A stretch of 64,000 bases of DNA from an uncultured virus (IMG/VR IMGVR_UViG_3300035520_000621) (Duplodnaviria; Heunggongvirae; Uroviricota; Caudoviricetes). Below the pieces are notes generated by a model, which saw nothing but the letters and a program-made list of their open reading frames with translations, was not told where the DNA came from and ran no database searches. Numbering within the stretch: the first letter of the stretch is position 1; each line of letters begins with the position of its first letter. The position numbers and the translations under genes were made by a program. Of the stretch, positions 56,511-64,000 are shown one piece after another. The DNA lies in IMG/VR virus record IMGVR_UViG_3300035520_000621; one strand, 5' to 3'.

Positions 56511-57461
56511 ATGGAAAGCACAATATATAATCTTCCGAATGAAGAATATCATCGCGGCGAATTGTACAAAGATTATTTATCAAGCACCCAGCTTAAACAT
56601 TATCTTGTATCGCCCAAATTCGCCAAATGGTGTTTTGACAATCCTGACGAGAGCAAAATCAATCCCGAAAGCGCTGAAATCGGTTCTCTATTCCACTCGG
56701 CAATGGAGAGCATGGCGAATACAGGTGATTTAGCTCAGTTCCGCAACGAATTATTCGTATTTGACCCGCCAATCAACATGAAGACAGGTCAACCGTATGG
56801 CTCAGGGACTAAGGTTTATCAGATTGCACTCGAATTTGCCAAATCGCAGCATACAGGGAAATTCCCGACATCTCAGGCAAAAATCGAACTGATTGAAAAA
56901 ATGGTGAATGAACTTCTCCACAATTGCGGAGAGACATCAAAACAAGTTCGCCAAGTCCTTAAATGGGGGACAGCCGAGATAAGCCACTTTTGCGAATACG
57001 AAGGTGCAAAGTTCAAATTTCGCCCCGATTTGGAAACAAAATCAAAAATCATAGATTGGAAAACACTTGCGATTGATGACCTTCATGAGGATACAATAGC
57101 CAAAGTGATAATCAAGTTTGGCTATGATATTTCTGCTGCATTTTACCAATTCTTTTGCCACGAGATTACAGGCAAATGGAAATCTTTCTATTGGGTTATG
57201 CAACAGAAACAACCACCCTATGATGCAGTAATGGTTTGCGCTGACAATTGGGGCTTCTCACTTAATGACGAAATTGTTGAGATGGGATGTGGAGCATTAA
57301 AATTCTCCAAACTACTCGAACAGCATATTTACTGCACTCAGCATGGCAAATTCCCCGGTGCTGAGGTTATGATACAACCGGGTTTCCGTGGTCGCCGAAT
57401 AATGACCGCTGAAACTCCGTCTTTTGAGAAAAACAAACTTATCAACTACTACAATGACTAA
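56511..57461 (+). CDS. RecE/ExoVIII-like PD-(D/E)XK exonuclease
   Basis: NEEYH, LSSTQLK, GSLFH, KFRPD, IIDWKT, YDISAAFY. Confidence 0.85.
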   Translation: MESTIYNLPNEEYHRGELYKDYLSSTQLKHYLVSPKFAKWCFDNPDESKINPESAEIGSLFHSAMESMANTGDLAQFRNELFVFDPPINMKTGQPYGSGTKVYQIALEFAKSQHTGKFPTSQAKIELIEKMVNELLHNCGETSKQVRQVLKWGTAEISHFCEYEGAKFKFRPDLETKSKIIDWKTLAIDDLHEDTIAKVIIKFGYDISAAFYQFFCHEITGKWKSFYWVMQQKQPPYDAVMVCADNWGFSLNDEIVEMGCGALKFSKLLEQHIYCTQHGKFPGAEVMIQPGFRGRRIMTAETPSFEKNKLINYYND

Positions 57462-58323
57462 CGACGCACAAGCACAGCCGGAACAAGCGGCAGTACAGCA
57501 AGCACCGGCTAAACAACAAGAACGATTAACGTCACTTCCACCGCAGTTAAAAGACCTTGCGGGATGTTTTTCTGCATCCAAAAAAACTTTTTTATCGGCA
57601 TTTGCCGACCATGCGGAAGGTGAACGGATTTTTAGCAAAGAGGTGAACTTTGTGGCACAGGCGATGATGGGCAATCCTTATCTAATCACGTGTGCTAAAA
57701 ACGACCCCAATGCGCTTATTGACTCGATTAAGAATGTGGCATTGACAGGCTTAACGCTCAACCCTGTTTTGAAGTTGGGTTACTTAGTACCGTTTAAGGG
57801 CAAAATTACCTTCATGGCATCGTACATGGGGCTAATCGATATTCTCGTCAACAATGGCATTGCAAAGAAAGCCGAAGCCCACGCCGTATTTCGCGGCGAT
57901 GACTTCGATATTGTTCACGGCACTAACGGCTACATTAAACATCATCCCGATCCATGGGGCAACCGCACGGTAGATACTTTCTGCGGGTGCTATTATTATA
58001 TCTTACTCGCTGATGGTACAGAACTTTTTGACACTCTTAATAAAGAGGAAATCGAGTTGGTCAAGAAGCGCAGTGCATCTGTGTCATCAGGCAAGACAAG
58101 CCCGTGGGATAGTGACTATCTTGAAATGGCAAAGAAGACCGCGCTTCGCCGTGGCTTTAAACTTTGTCCGAAATCAAATATCTCTGAGAGTAAGCTCAAA
58201 TCCATCGAAGCCATGCTCGACTATGACAGCAAGGTTGAAAAAGAGTGGTACAAAGAGCAAGACAAACCCAAAGATGATGGTTTTGACGAAGAGATTGAAT
58301 ACGAAGAAATCAAGATTGATTAA
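57454..58323 (+). CDS. recT: RecT-family recombinase
   Basis: GLTLNP...GYLVPF...YMGL, SPW.SDY.EMAKKT; follows the exonuclease. Confidence 0.9.
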   Translation: MTNDAQAQPEQAAVQQAPAKQQERLTSLPPQLKDLAGCFSASKKTFLSAFADHAEGERIFSKEVNFVAQAMMGNPYLITCAKNDPNALIDSIKNVALTGLTLNPVLKLGYLVPFKGKITFMASYMGLIDILVNNGIAKKAEAHAVFRGDDFDIVHGTNGYIKHHPDPWGNRTVDTFCGCYYYILLADGTELFDTLNKEEIELVKKRSASVSSGKTSPWDSDYLEMAKKTALRRGFKLCPKSNISESKLKSIEAMLDYDSKVEKEWYKEQDKPKDDGFDEEIEYEEIKID

Positions 58324-58409
58324 TTATAATATTCTACAAAGTAAGGTTTTTACAAAGTTCGTGGACGTGGTTATATGCGAATATAGCCACGTTTGTTAAA
58401 AGCTATCCT

Positions 58410-58865
58410 ATGGCAAAACACATAATTGGAATTGACCCCGGAGCTAACGGTGGCATTGCAATCATTACTGACGGTGAATTAACTCACGTCATAAAGATGC
58501 CCGACACTCCGTTAGATATATACGAAGCATTGCACAGCCACGCAGATGACGCAATCTGCTACCTTGAAAAAGTTGGTGGTATGCCCGGACAAGGTGGTAT
58601 GGCAATGTTTAACTTTGGTAAGAACTTCGGTTGGCTTGAAATGGCGTTGCTCGCGGCGGGTATCTCAACAATAACCGTCACGCCGCAGAAGTGGCAAAAG
58701 CACTACCAACTCGGCAAGAGTAGCGACAAGACAAAAACCGAATGGAAGAACATCCTCAAAGCAAAGGCACAATCGCTATTTCCAAAGACAAAAGTCACAT
58801 TAGCAATTGCCGATGCTATTCTAATAAGCTATTATGGAGCGGTACAGGAGCGACTTATTTGCTAA
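58410..58865 (+). CDS. RuvC-like Holliday junction resolvase
   Basis: IGIDPG..GG, YLEKV, FNFG, VTPQKWQK, ADAILI. Confidence 0.8.
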   Translation: MAKHIIGIDPGANGGIAIITDGELTHVIKMPDTPLDIYEALHSHADDAICYLEKVGGMPGQGGMAMFNFGKNFGWLEMALLAAGISTITVTPQKWQKHYQLGKSSDKTKTEWKNILKAKAQSLFPKTKVTLAIADAILISYYGAVQERLIC

Positions 58866-59045
58866 CGGCGAATTATGTAACGGTGGCAAATGCCGATTGA
58901 AAACATCCTGCCAACGCTATATGCGAAATGTCAAATGGTGGGAAATTCCCATGCCGTACATAATATTCAACAAGACAGAACGCACAACATCCTGCCCATA
59001 TTTCAAAAAGGTTTGTAAAAATTTCTCACCCTCAAATATGCGAAA

Positions 59046-59471
59046 ATGAAGACTCTACAAGACACCGCAGCAGATTACGCTCTGAGCCACACAGACGTTA
59101 CTCAGGCATACATTGACGGATATAATGCCGCCATTGCTGCCAAACGCCCAAAGAAACAGTCGCTCGATTTAGATTTTGTTGATAAAAGGTATATTGAGAC
59201 GGTTTCTATATGGATTAATTACAAGAAGGAGCGGAAATGCAGCTATACGCAGTCTGGTGTAAAAACCATGTACAAGCGTTTAGTTGAACTATCTCGCGGC
59301 GATGCGCAAGTTGCTGCGGCTATTGTGGAGCAATCAATCGCTAACAACTACCAAGGATTATTCCCATTGAAAAATGAAAGACAACTCACTAACTACACGC
59401 ACCAACAGCGAGGAATTGCAAAACTTGAAGACCTCGCCAACGCAGTATTATCAGGACATCCAACCGCGTGA
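59046..59471 (+). CDS. Replication-associated protein (resembles C-terminal domain of phage initiators)
   Basis: W..YKKE...Y...IVEQSIANNYQGLF motif. Confidence 0.55.
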   Translation: MKTLQDTAADYALSHTDVTQAYIDGYNAAIAAKRPKKQSLDLDFVDKRYIETVSIWINYKKERKCSYTQSGVKTMYKRLVELSRGDAQVAAAIVEQSIANNYQGLFPLKNERQLTNYTHQQRGIAKLEDLANAVLSGHPTA

Positions 59472-60054
59472 TGTCATTGCTACAATTAAACGCCCTTGCG
59501 CTACGATTGCAGATATCAAACGAGAGTTGGGAATAGCCGGAGCGCGAGCAATAATCGTCATTGCACTTATTGATGTTGTGAAATCGCTCAACATTAGCCG
59601 CAACATGAACGATGTGCAAGTTGCTAAGACAGCCGATTTGATAATTCGCGAGTATTGGTATTACACAATTCCCGAAGTCAAAGATTGCTTGCAAAATGCA
59701 ATTCTCAACGAGCAATTGTATGAGCGGCTTGACGTTAACATTGTGATGAAATGGTTTAAGGATTACGACATCAAACGCGATGAGAAAATCATTGGATATC
59801 GAGAGCAAGAGAAATCTAAACTCGAAAATGAAACAAAAGAACCGATAATTGAAAACGGTGGATTTGAGACCTATCGCCAACGTGTAGAAGCCAAAGCTGC
59901 CGAAGGTGACCCACAAGCCATTAGGGATTTGGAGAATATCCAAACCGTTATGGCATCCTCTTCCTTATCTCCTGAAGCCCAACGCCGCAAAGAAATCGAA
60001 TACAGAATATTTAAGGCGAATTATGACAAAAGTAAAAAATATCAAGGCGGATAA
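59374..60054 (+). CDS. Hypothetical replication-module protein
   Basis: 226 aa, LYERLD....MKWF..Y motif; overlaps the previous gene. Confidence 0.6.
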   Translation: MKDNSLTTRTNSEELQNLKTSPTQYYQDIQPRDVIATIKRPCATIADIKRELGIAGARAIIVIALIDVVKSLNISRNMNDVQVAKTADLIIREYWYYTIPEVKDCLQNAILNEQLYERLDVNIVMKWFKDYDIKRDEKIIGYREQEKSKLENETKEPIIENGGFETYRQRVEAKAAEGDPQAIRDLENIQTVMASSSLSPEAQRRKEIEYRIFKANYDKSKKYQGG

Positions 60055-60330
60055 TGGTAACAATCAGCAATGCGACAGCAACAATGATACTCTCAATCAC
60101 GCGCAAAATCAAAATAAGGTTAGCGAGTTCAACACGAACAGCCGACCGCGAACTACTAAGGCAATGTTCGGTTTTGAATACACTCGTTACGAAGAAGCTC
60201 GTATCCAAGCCGCCTGCCAAACGGCGTTAAATTACATGAGGCAAACCACAACCAAAAAGAGAGTTAATTTTATTGGTATTGACCGCAGCCATTACTTTGA
60301 CAAGCCAATTCAACACGAAGATGATTGATT

Positions 60331-60654
60331 ATGAGGATATGTGAATTTATGACGATTGATATTGGTGGCAATATTTTCAAGTGGATTACAAAGCCACAAT
60401 ACGATGTTGACGGCAAAGTTTGGTTTAGCCCACGTGGTGAACATCCACAACGGCTTACCGAGCTCGATGTGCGCTATATGTTCTCAGACTTTGATTACAG
60501 TGTTGGCGTTGGTATTTACCCACTTAAAGCCAAACACAAAATCCCGTTTTTCGAGGTATGTTGCAATCGTGGCAAGCAAAACGAATATACGCAGCGAGTG
60601 CCGATAGCTAACACCAAGATATTGGCAGAAGCTGCAAGGAAAGATAAACGTTGA
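60331..60654 (+). CDS. Hypothetical protein
   Basis: About 107-aa ORF in a co-oriented run. Confidence 0.5.
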   Translation: MRICEFMTIDIGGNIFKWITKPQYDVDGKVWFSPRGEHPQRLTELDVRYMFSDFDYSVGVGIYPLKAKHKIPFFEVCCNRGKQNEYTQRVPIANTKILAEAARKDKR

Positions 60655-60714
60655 CCAAGAGAGGTTGACAATTTTTTATTTTTACTGTGGGGCGTGGTCC
60701 ACGCGTCCCTACAA

Positions 60715-60792
60715 GGGCGGTAAACTAAATTTAATTAAATAGAGTTTTTTTGTTGAAGGTTAGTTGTGGGGGTTCGACACCCCCACCGCCCA
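60715..60792 (+). ncRNA. tRNA-like structured element (acceptor stem plus T-arm, no D or anticodon arm)
   Basis: GGGCGGT/ACCGCCC-A 7-bp stem; GGGGG-TTCGACA-CCCCC T-arm. Confidence 0.55.
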
Positions 60793-60803
60793 CTACTTAT
60801 GTT

Positions 60804-61094
60804 ATGGTAAGCAATCACACAAAGCAAGTGCGAAAACTCGCAGGGTTTTATCTCAATGTGGCTGACTTAATCCGCAAGGATATTCAGCATCGCACCACGC
60901 TCGACAAAATAGCCGATAAGTACGACCGCAATATGGCGTATTCGTGGATGCAATGGAGCGATGCCAAGCAATGGTTTACAAGTGGTATTGGTGCTGATAA
61001 TACACTTGAATACTATCTCAAATCACACTTGCTTCTTGTGTCACTTACTGAATTATACCATATCATTAGAGAATACTATAACTTAAATTATTAA
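60804..61094 (+). CDS. Hypothetical protein
   Basis: Probable start MVSNHT downstream of the tRNA-like element. Confidence 0.6.
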   Translation: MVSNHTKQVRKLAGFYLNVADLIRKDIQHRTTLDKIADKYDRNMAYSWMQWSDAKQWFTSGIGADNTLEYYLKSHLLLVSLTELYHIIREYYNLNY

Positions 61095-61100
61095 CATACA

Positions 61101-61410
61101 ATGAATTACCCCCCCCCACCGTCATCAAGACCCACATCTTGATGATTTACTCCTCCATTTATACAATACGGAGGCAGAGCTAAAAAAGATTGGAAACCTC
61201 CGCAGTGAATTGCGCAGCCAAATTCTCAAAGCGATGCAATCTAATAAAATAGAAAAATACCGCACCGATTTCGTTTGCTGTGAAATATGCCCACCAAAAA
61301 CACGGCATAAGGTAGACACAGATAGACTAAAGAAGTTCTACTCTGACGTATTTTTAGACTGCACAGAATTGGTTGAGGTTGCTGCATATATAAATTGCAA
61401 ATGGGATTAA
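61101..61410 (+). pseudogene. Gene interrupted at a C9 tract (phase-variable or sequencing error)
   Basis: ATG at 61101 stops at 61140-61142; removing one C at 61109-61117 joins it to the frame ending at 61410. Confidence 0.55.
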
Positions 61411-61424
61411 AATCAATAAAAACC

Positions 61425-61853
61425 ATGCAGCCACAAAGAATGATATACAGAGGTAAAGACTTACAATCAGGTGAGTGGGTTTACGGCGCACTCGTTGATA
61501 TTTTTATTGAGTTTATAATTATAAGCAAGACAATTGCGCACCAGTCAGGAAATAAAATCATCTTTGACAAGTCAGCAGGCGCACAATTCTACCATGTTGA
61601 CCCCAAAACGATTGGAATGTACTCAGGTTTTGAAGATGTCAACGGTACAGACATATACGAAGGTGACATCTTGCAACTTGTATCTGATTGCCACGGCAAC
61701 GAGCCGAAATACAAAGACAATCGCAAAGTGCTTTTTACCCGTGGCGCGTTTCGTCTTGAATTTAAGCGATACGACACCAGTACGTTGCTCTGTGACCACG
61801 AGGTGAACAGGTTTTGGCGCGTGATAGGAAACATATATGACAATGCGGAGTGA
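61425..61853 (+). CDS. YopX-family protein
   Basis: YRGK...WVYG...TIGMYSG..D.NG.DIYEGDI...VIGNIYDN. Confidence 0.85.
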   Translation: MQPQRMIYRGKDLQSGEWVYGALVDIFIEFIIISKTIAHQSGNKIIFDKSAGAQFYHVDPKTIGMYSGFEDVNGTDIYEGDILQLVSDCHGNEPKYKDNRKVLFTRGAFRLEFKRYDTSTLLCDHEVNRFWRVIGNIYDNAE

Positions 61854-61933
61854 ATAATATAAAGACGCACATATAGCGTTTAGCTCTGATGAACGGCGAA
61901 GCACAAGAATAATAACCCTTAAAGTATAGATAT

Positions 61934-62122
61934 ATGTGTTACTTAAATCGCGAAAATACAAGACGCATAGACACGTTAGAGGATATTGAAGATGCGCTCC
62001 GTCTGTTGCGTATGATAAAGAACTTCGTCGCTGATGCAGAAGAAGCAGGCGTAAGCCGTCGGCAAATTGCTGATATGGTTAACGAAAAAGCTGATAATTA
62101 CCTAACATTATATGGCGTATGA
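61934..62122 (+). CDS. Hypothetical protein
   Basis: 62-aa coupled ORF. Confidence 0.55.
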   Translation: MCYLNRENTRRIDTLEDIEDALRLLRMIKNFVADAEEAGVSRRQIADMVNEKADNYLTLYGV

Positions 62123-62319
62123 CACAACTTAGACCAACCGACCAAGCCAAGCGCGAGCGCATTGCGCAGCTTGAACGCGAGATAACCAACGCACCAACCA
62201 CATGGTACAATATGACATTGTGCGGTTGTTCCACCGATGAGATGCGCGGCTTCGATGATTATATTCGTGAATGTGAGCAAGAATTAAAAGAATTGCAAGA
62301 TGACACGCGAACAATTTGA
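62119..62319 (+). CDS. Hypothetical protein
   Basis: 66-aa coupled ORF. Confidence 0.55.
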   Translation: MTQLRPTDQAKRERIAQLEREITNAPTTWYNMTLCGCSTDEMRGFDDYIRECEQELKELQDDTRTI

Positions 62320-62617
62320 CAAGATTTTAGTCTTAACGAGCGAGGTAGACAGCCGACCGAAGAACATTGACTTAGCTGTCGGACGCCCTTACACGTCAAG
62401 CATGACGAAACAGCAGTGTATCGACCAATTCGTAGCCGAAATGGGCAAACGCTTATCGCTGCGCAACCTTGACTACGTGGCGCATCTTGACGGCAGCGTT
62501 GAGTCTACATTTTCCCAAGACATATCGCACTGCCTGACCGCTGATGAGTTCTTTGACTTCATGAGGCGCGTTGACGAGGCACAAATCAAATATAGACAAT
62601 CAAGGCATAACATATGA
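62300..62617 (+). CDS. Hypothetical protein
   Basis: 105-aa coupled ORF. Confidence 0.6.
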   Translation: MTREQFDKILVLTSEVDSRPKNIDLAVGRPYTSSMTKQQCIDQFVAEMGKRLSLRNLDYVAHLDGSVESTFSQDISHCLTADEFFDFMRRVDEAQIKYRQSRHNI

Positions 62618-62988
62618 GAACGATAAAATTCAGAGGCAAGGTATTCCCACAAAACAAATGGCTATACGGGGATTTGTTGACCTCAGATGATTTTAAAGTA
62701 GCCGTTATACGCGACCATAATAGCTGCGTTGAACAGCGCGTTGTCACTGATACAATCGGTCAATTCACGGGCTTGTTGGACTGCAACGGCAAGGAAATCT
62801 ACGAGGGCGATGTGATTGAAAGTATGAATGGCTTTAGGCGCAAGGTCGCTTTTGTCGAAGATGCCGCGTCACCTATGCTGATATGGCTCAATGATGAAGA
62901 TATAGACTCCCCTAAGACTATATCTTGTAGCTTTATAAGAAAATATGGCTATCGTGTTATCGGCAACATCCACGACAACGTGTTTTAA
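62614..62988 (+). CDS. YopX-family protein
   Basis: IKFRGK...GQFTGL.D.NGKEIYEGDV...VIGNIHDN. Confidence 0.88.
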   Translation: MRTIKFRGKVFPQNKWLYGDLLTSDDFKVAVIRDHNSCVEQRVVTDTIGQFTGLLDCNGKEIYEGDVIESMNGFRRKVAFVEDAASPMLIWLNDEDIDSPKTISCSFIRKYGYRVIGNIHDNVF

Positions 62989-63009
62989 GCAAATCTAAAT
63001 AGTTTAGAT

Positions 63010-63285
63010 ATGGATGAAACACAAATAAAGATGTTCATCAAAGGTATGATGTATGAACGTGTACACGGCAATTGGCGGTCTGTTGAAGATGAGCTACCCG
63101 AATTTGGCGAGCGAGTGCTGATAGTATCACTCTTGCCAAGCGGATACAGAGAAATGCGAGTAGCAAATCTGTTTCGGTGTCGCAACGAGGAAACGGGCGA
63201 AGAAACAACGTCATGGACTAACCCGGTTAAGAACGAAACTGTCACCCATTGGATGCCACTTCCGCAGCCACCCGAAGAAGATTGA
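63010..63285 (+). CDS. DUF551-like protein
   Basis: WRSVEDELP...VTHWMPLPQPP. Confidence 0.85.
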   Translation: MDETQIKMFIKGMMYERVHGNWRSVEDELPEFGERVLIVSLLPSGYREMRVANLFRCRNEETGEETTSWTNPVKNETVTHWMPLPQPPEED

Positions 63286-63393
63286 ACTTGTCGAAAATCC
63301 CGACAAGTTGACGTATGCAAAAATTGCACACATCGCAAATTGTGAACATCAAGCAAATTTACTGTTCACAAAACACCTAAAAATGAACACAAA

Positions 63394-63630
63394 ATGAATA
63401 AAGAAACATTTAAAAAAGCAATCAAATTGCATAAGGAACTTATAGACCTCGAAGCGATAAAGAACGGAAGATATGAACTCGAATACACAATGTGCTACGG
63501 AACTATGTGTTTGCAAGCAGGTGCGGGAAACGCAAGGTTTAGAGAAATCCTCAAGCCGCACGAAGAACAAATCAAAAAAGAGGTTGACGATGCAATTGAG
63601 GACGTTAAACAACAGACAGCTGAATTGTGA
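63394..63630 (+). CDS. Hypothetical protein
   Basis: 78-aa ORF. Confidence 0.6.
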   Translation: MNKETFKKAIKLHKELIDLEAIKNGRYELEYTMCYGTMCLQAGAGNARFREILKPHEEQIKKEVDDAIEDVKQQTAEL

Positions 63631-63632
63631 TT

Positions 63633-63848
63633 ATGGGGAATAAGCCTAACAAAAAGCGAGATATAGAAGTCACGATATTCGCTTTATTAGCTGTTATATC
63701 GTTCCTTGCTTTTTGCCTCCTATTTGTAGATTTCGTACACGAGCATTGGGGCTACAAGCCGTTATACGCGCTGTTGGCGTTGCTGTTCTCAATAATATTT
63801 TTTATGATAAGCGTTAAAACATTTGACGATAATGGAAGTAAAGATTGA
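63633..63848 (+). CDS. Small two-TM membrane protein
   Basis: Two hydrophobic helices. Confidence 0.55.
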   Translation: MGNKPNKKRDIEVTIFALLAVISFLAFCLLFVDFVHEHWGYKPLYALLALLFSIIFFMISVKTFDDNGSKD

Positions 63849-64000
63849 CAACAAATGGCGTGAAGTCACAGAAGTAGGCATTAAAGATAATGATGGCTAC
63901 AATGTCGCACCCGAACGCATAACAGACGTTAAGCTCAACGGCAAGCAGTTATTCGGTAATTCCGAACAAGTGATAGTACAACTTCAACATTGGTACATGT

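Noticed and set aside
1..64000. Stop-codon reassignment as seen in some gut phages
   Set aside because: Long genes are intact under the standard code, TAA, TAG and TGA all terminate genes, and no suppressor tRNA was seen

Overview
The window is 64 kb of a temperate, long-tailed (siphovirus-like) phage of a Bacteroidota host. The host call rests on TAnnTTTG promoters, A-rich 5' UTRs and Bacteroides/Prevotella-type phage genes; no host chromosomal genes are visible. From left to right it holds: the end of a DNA methyltransferase, a DUF3127 gene, a Cys-rich operon of unknown function, a lysis cassette, and a complete diversity-generating retroelement (RT with the TR inside its 5' end, avd, hairpin, and a VR at the C-terminus of a 1916-aa tail-associated protein). 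Next come tail and head genes on the minus strand, terminase/portal on the plus strand, parA plus a partner, a D5-like helicase beside an AT-rich origin-like region, and an ardC-containing early region. The right end has two tyrosine recombinases, an apparently intact attP with a tRNA 3' fragment, repressor/excisionase, RecE/RecT, a RuvC-like gene and small accessory genes. Beyond the DGR, the most unusual signals are: (1) a methyltransferase segment between G8 and C8 tracts that is open in all three frames, each frame carrying a different copy of a similar peptide motif; (2) a promoter- and terminator-bounded antisense RNA complementary to the 5' UTRs of ardC and neighbouring early genes, plus several similar sRNA candidates; (3) a tRNA-shaped non-tRNA element; (4) the Cys-rich operon. 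Product names come from motif recognition by eye, not database searches.
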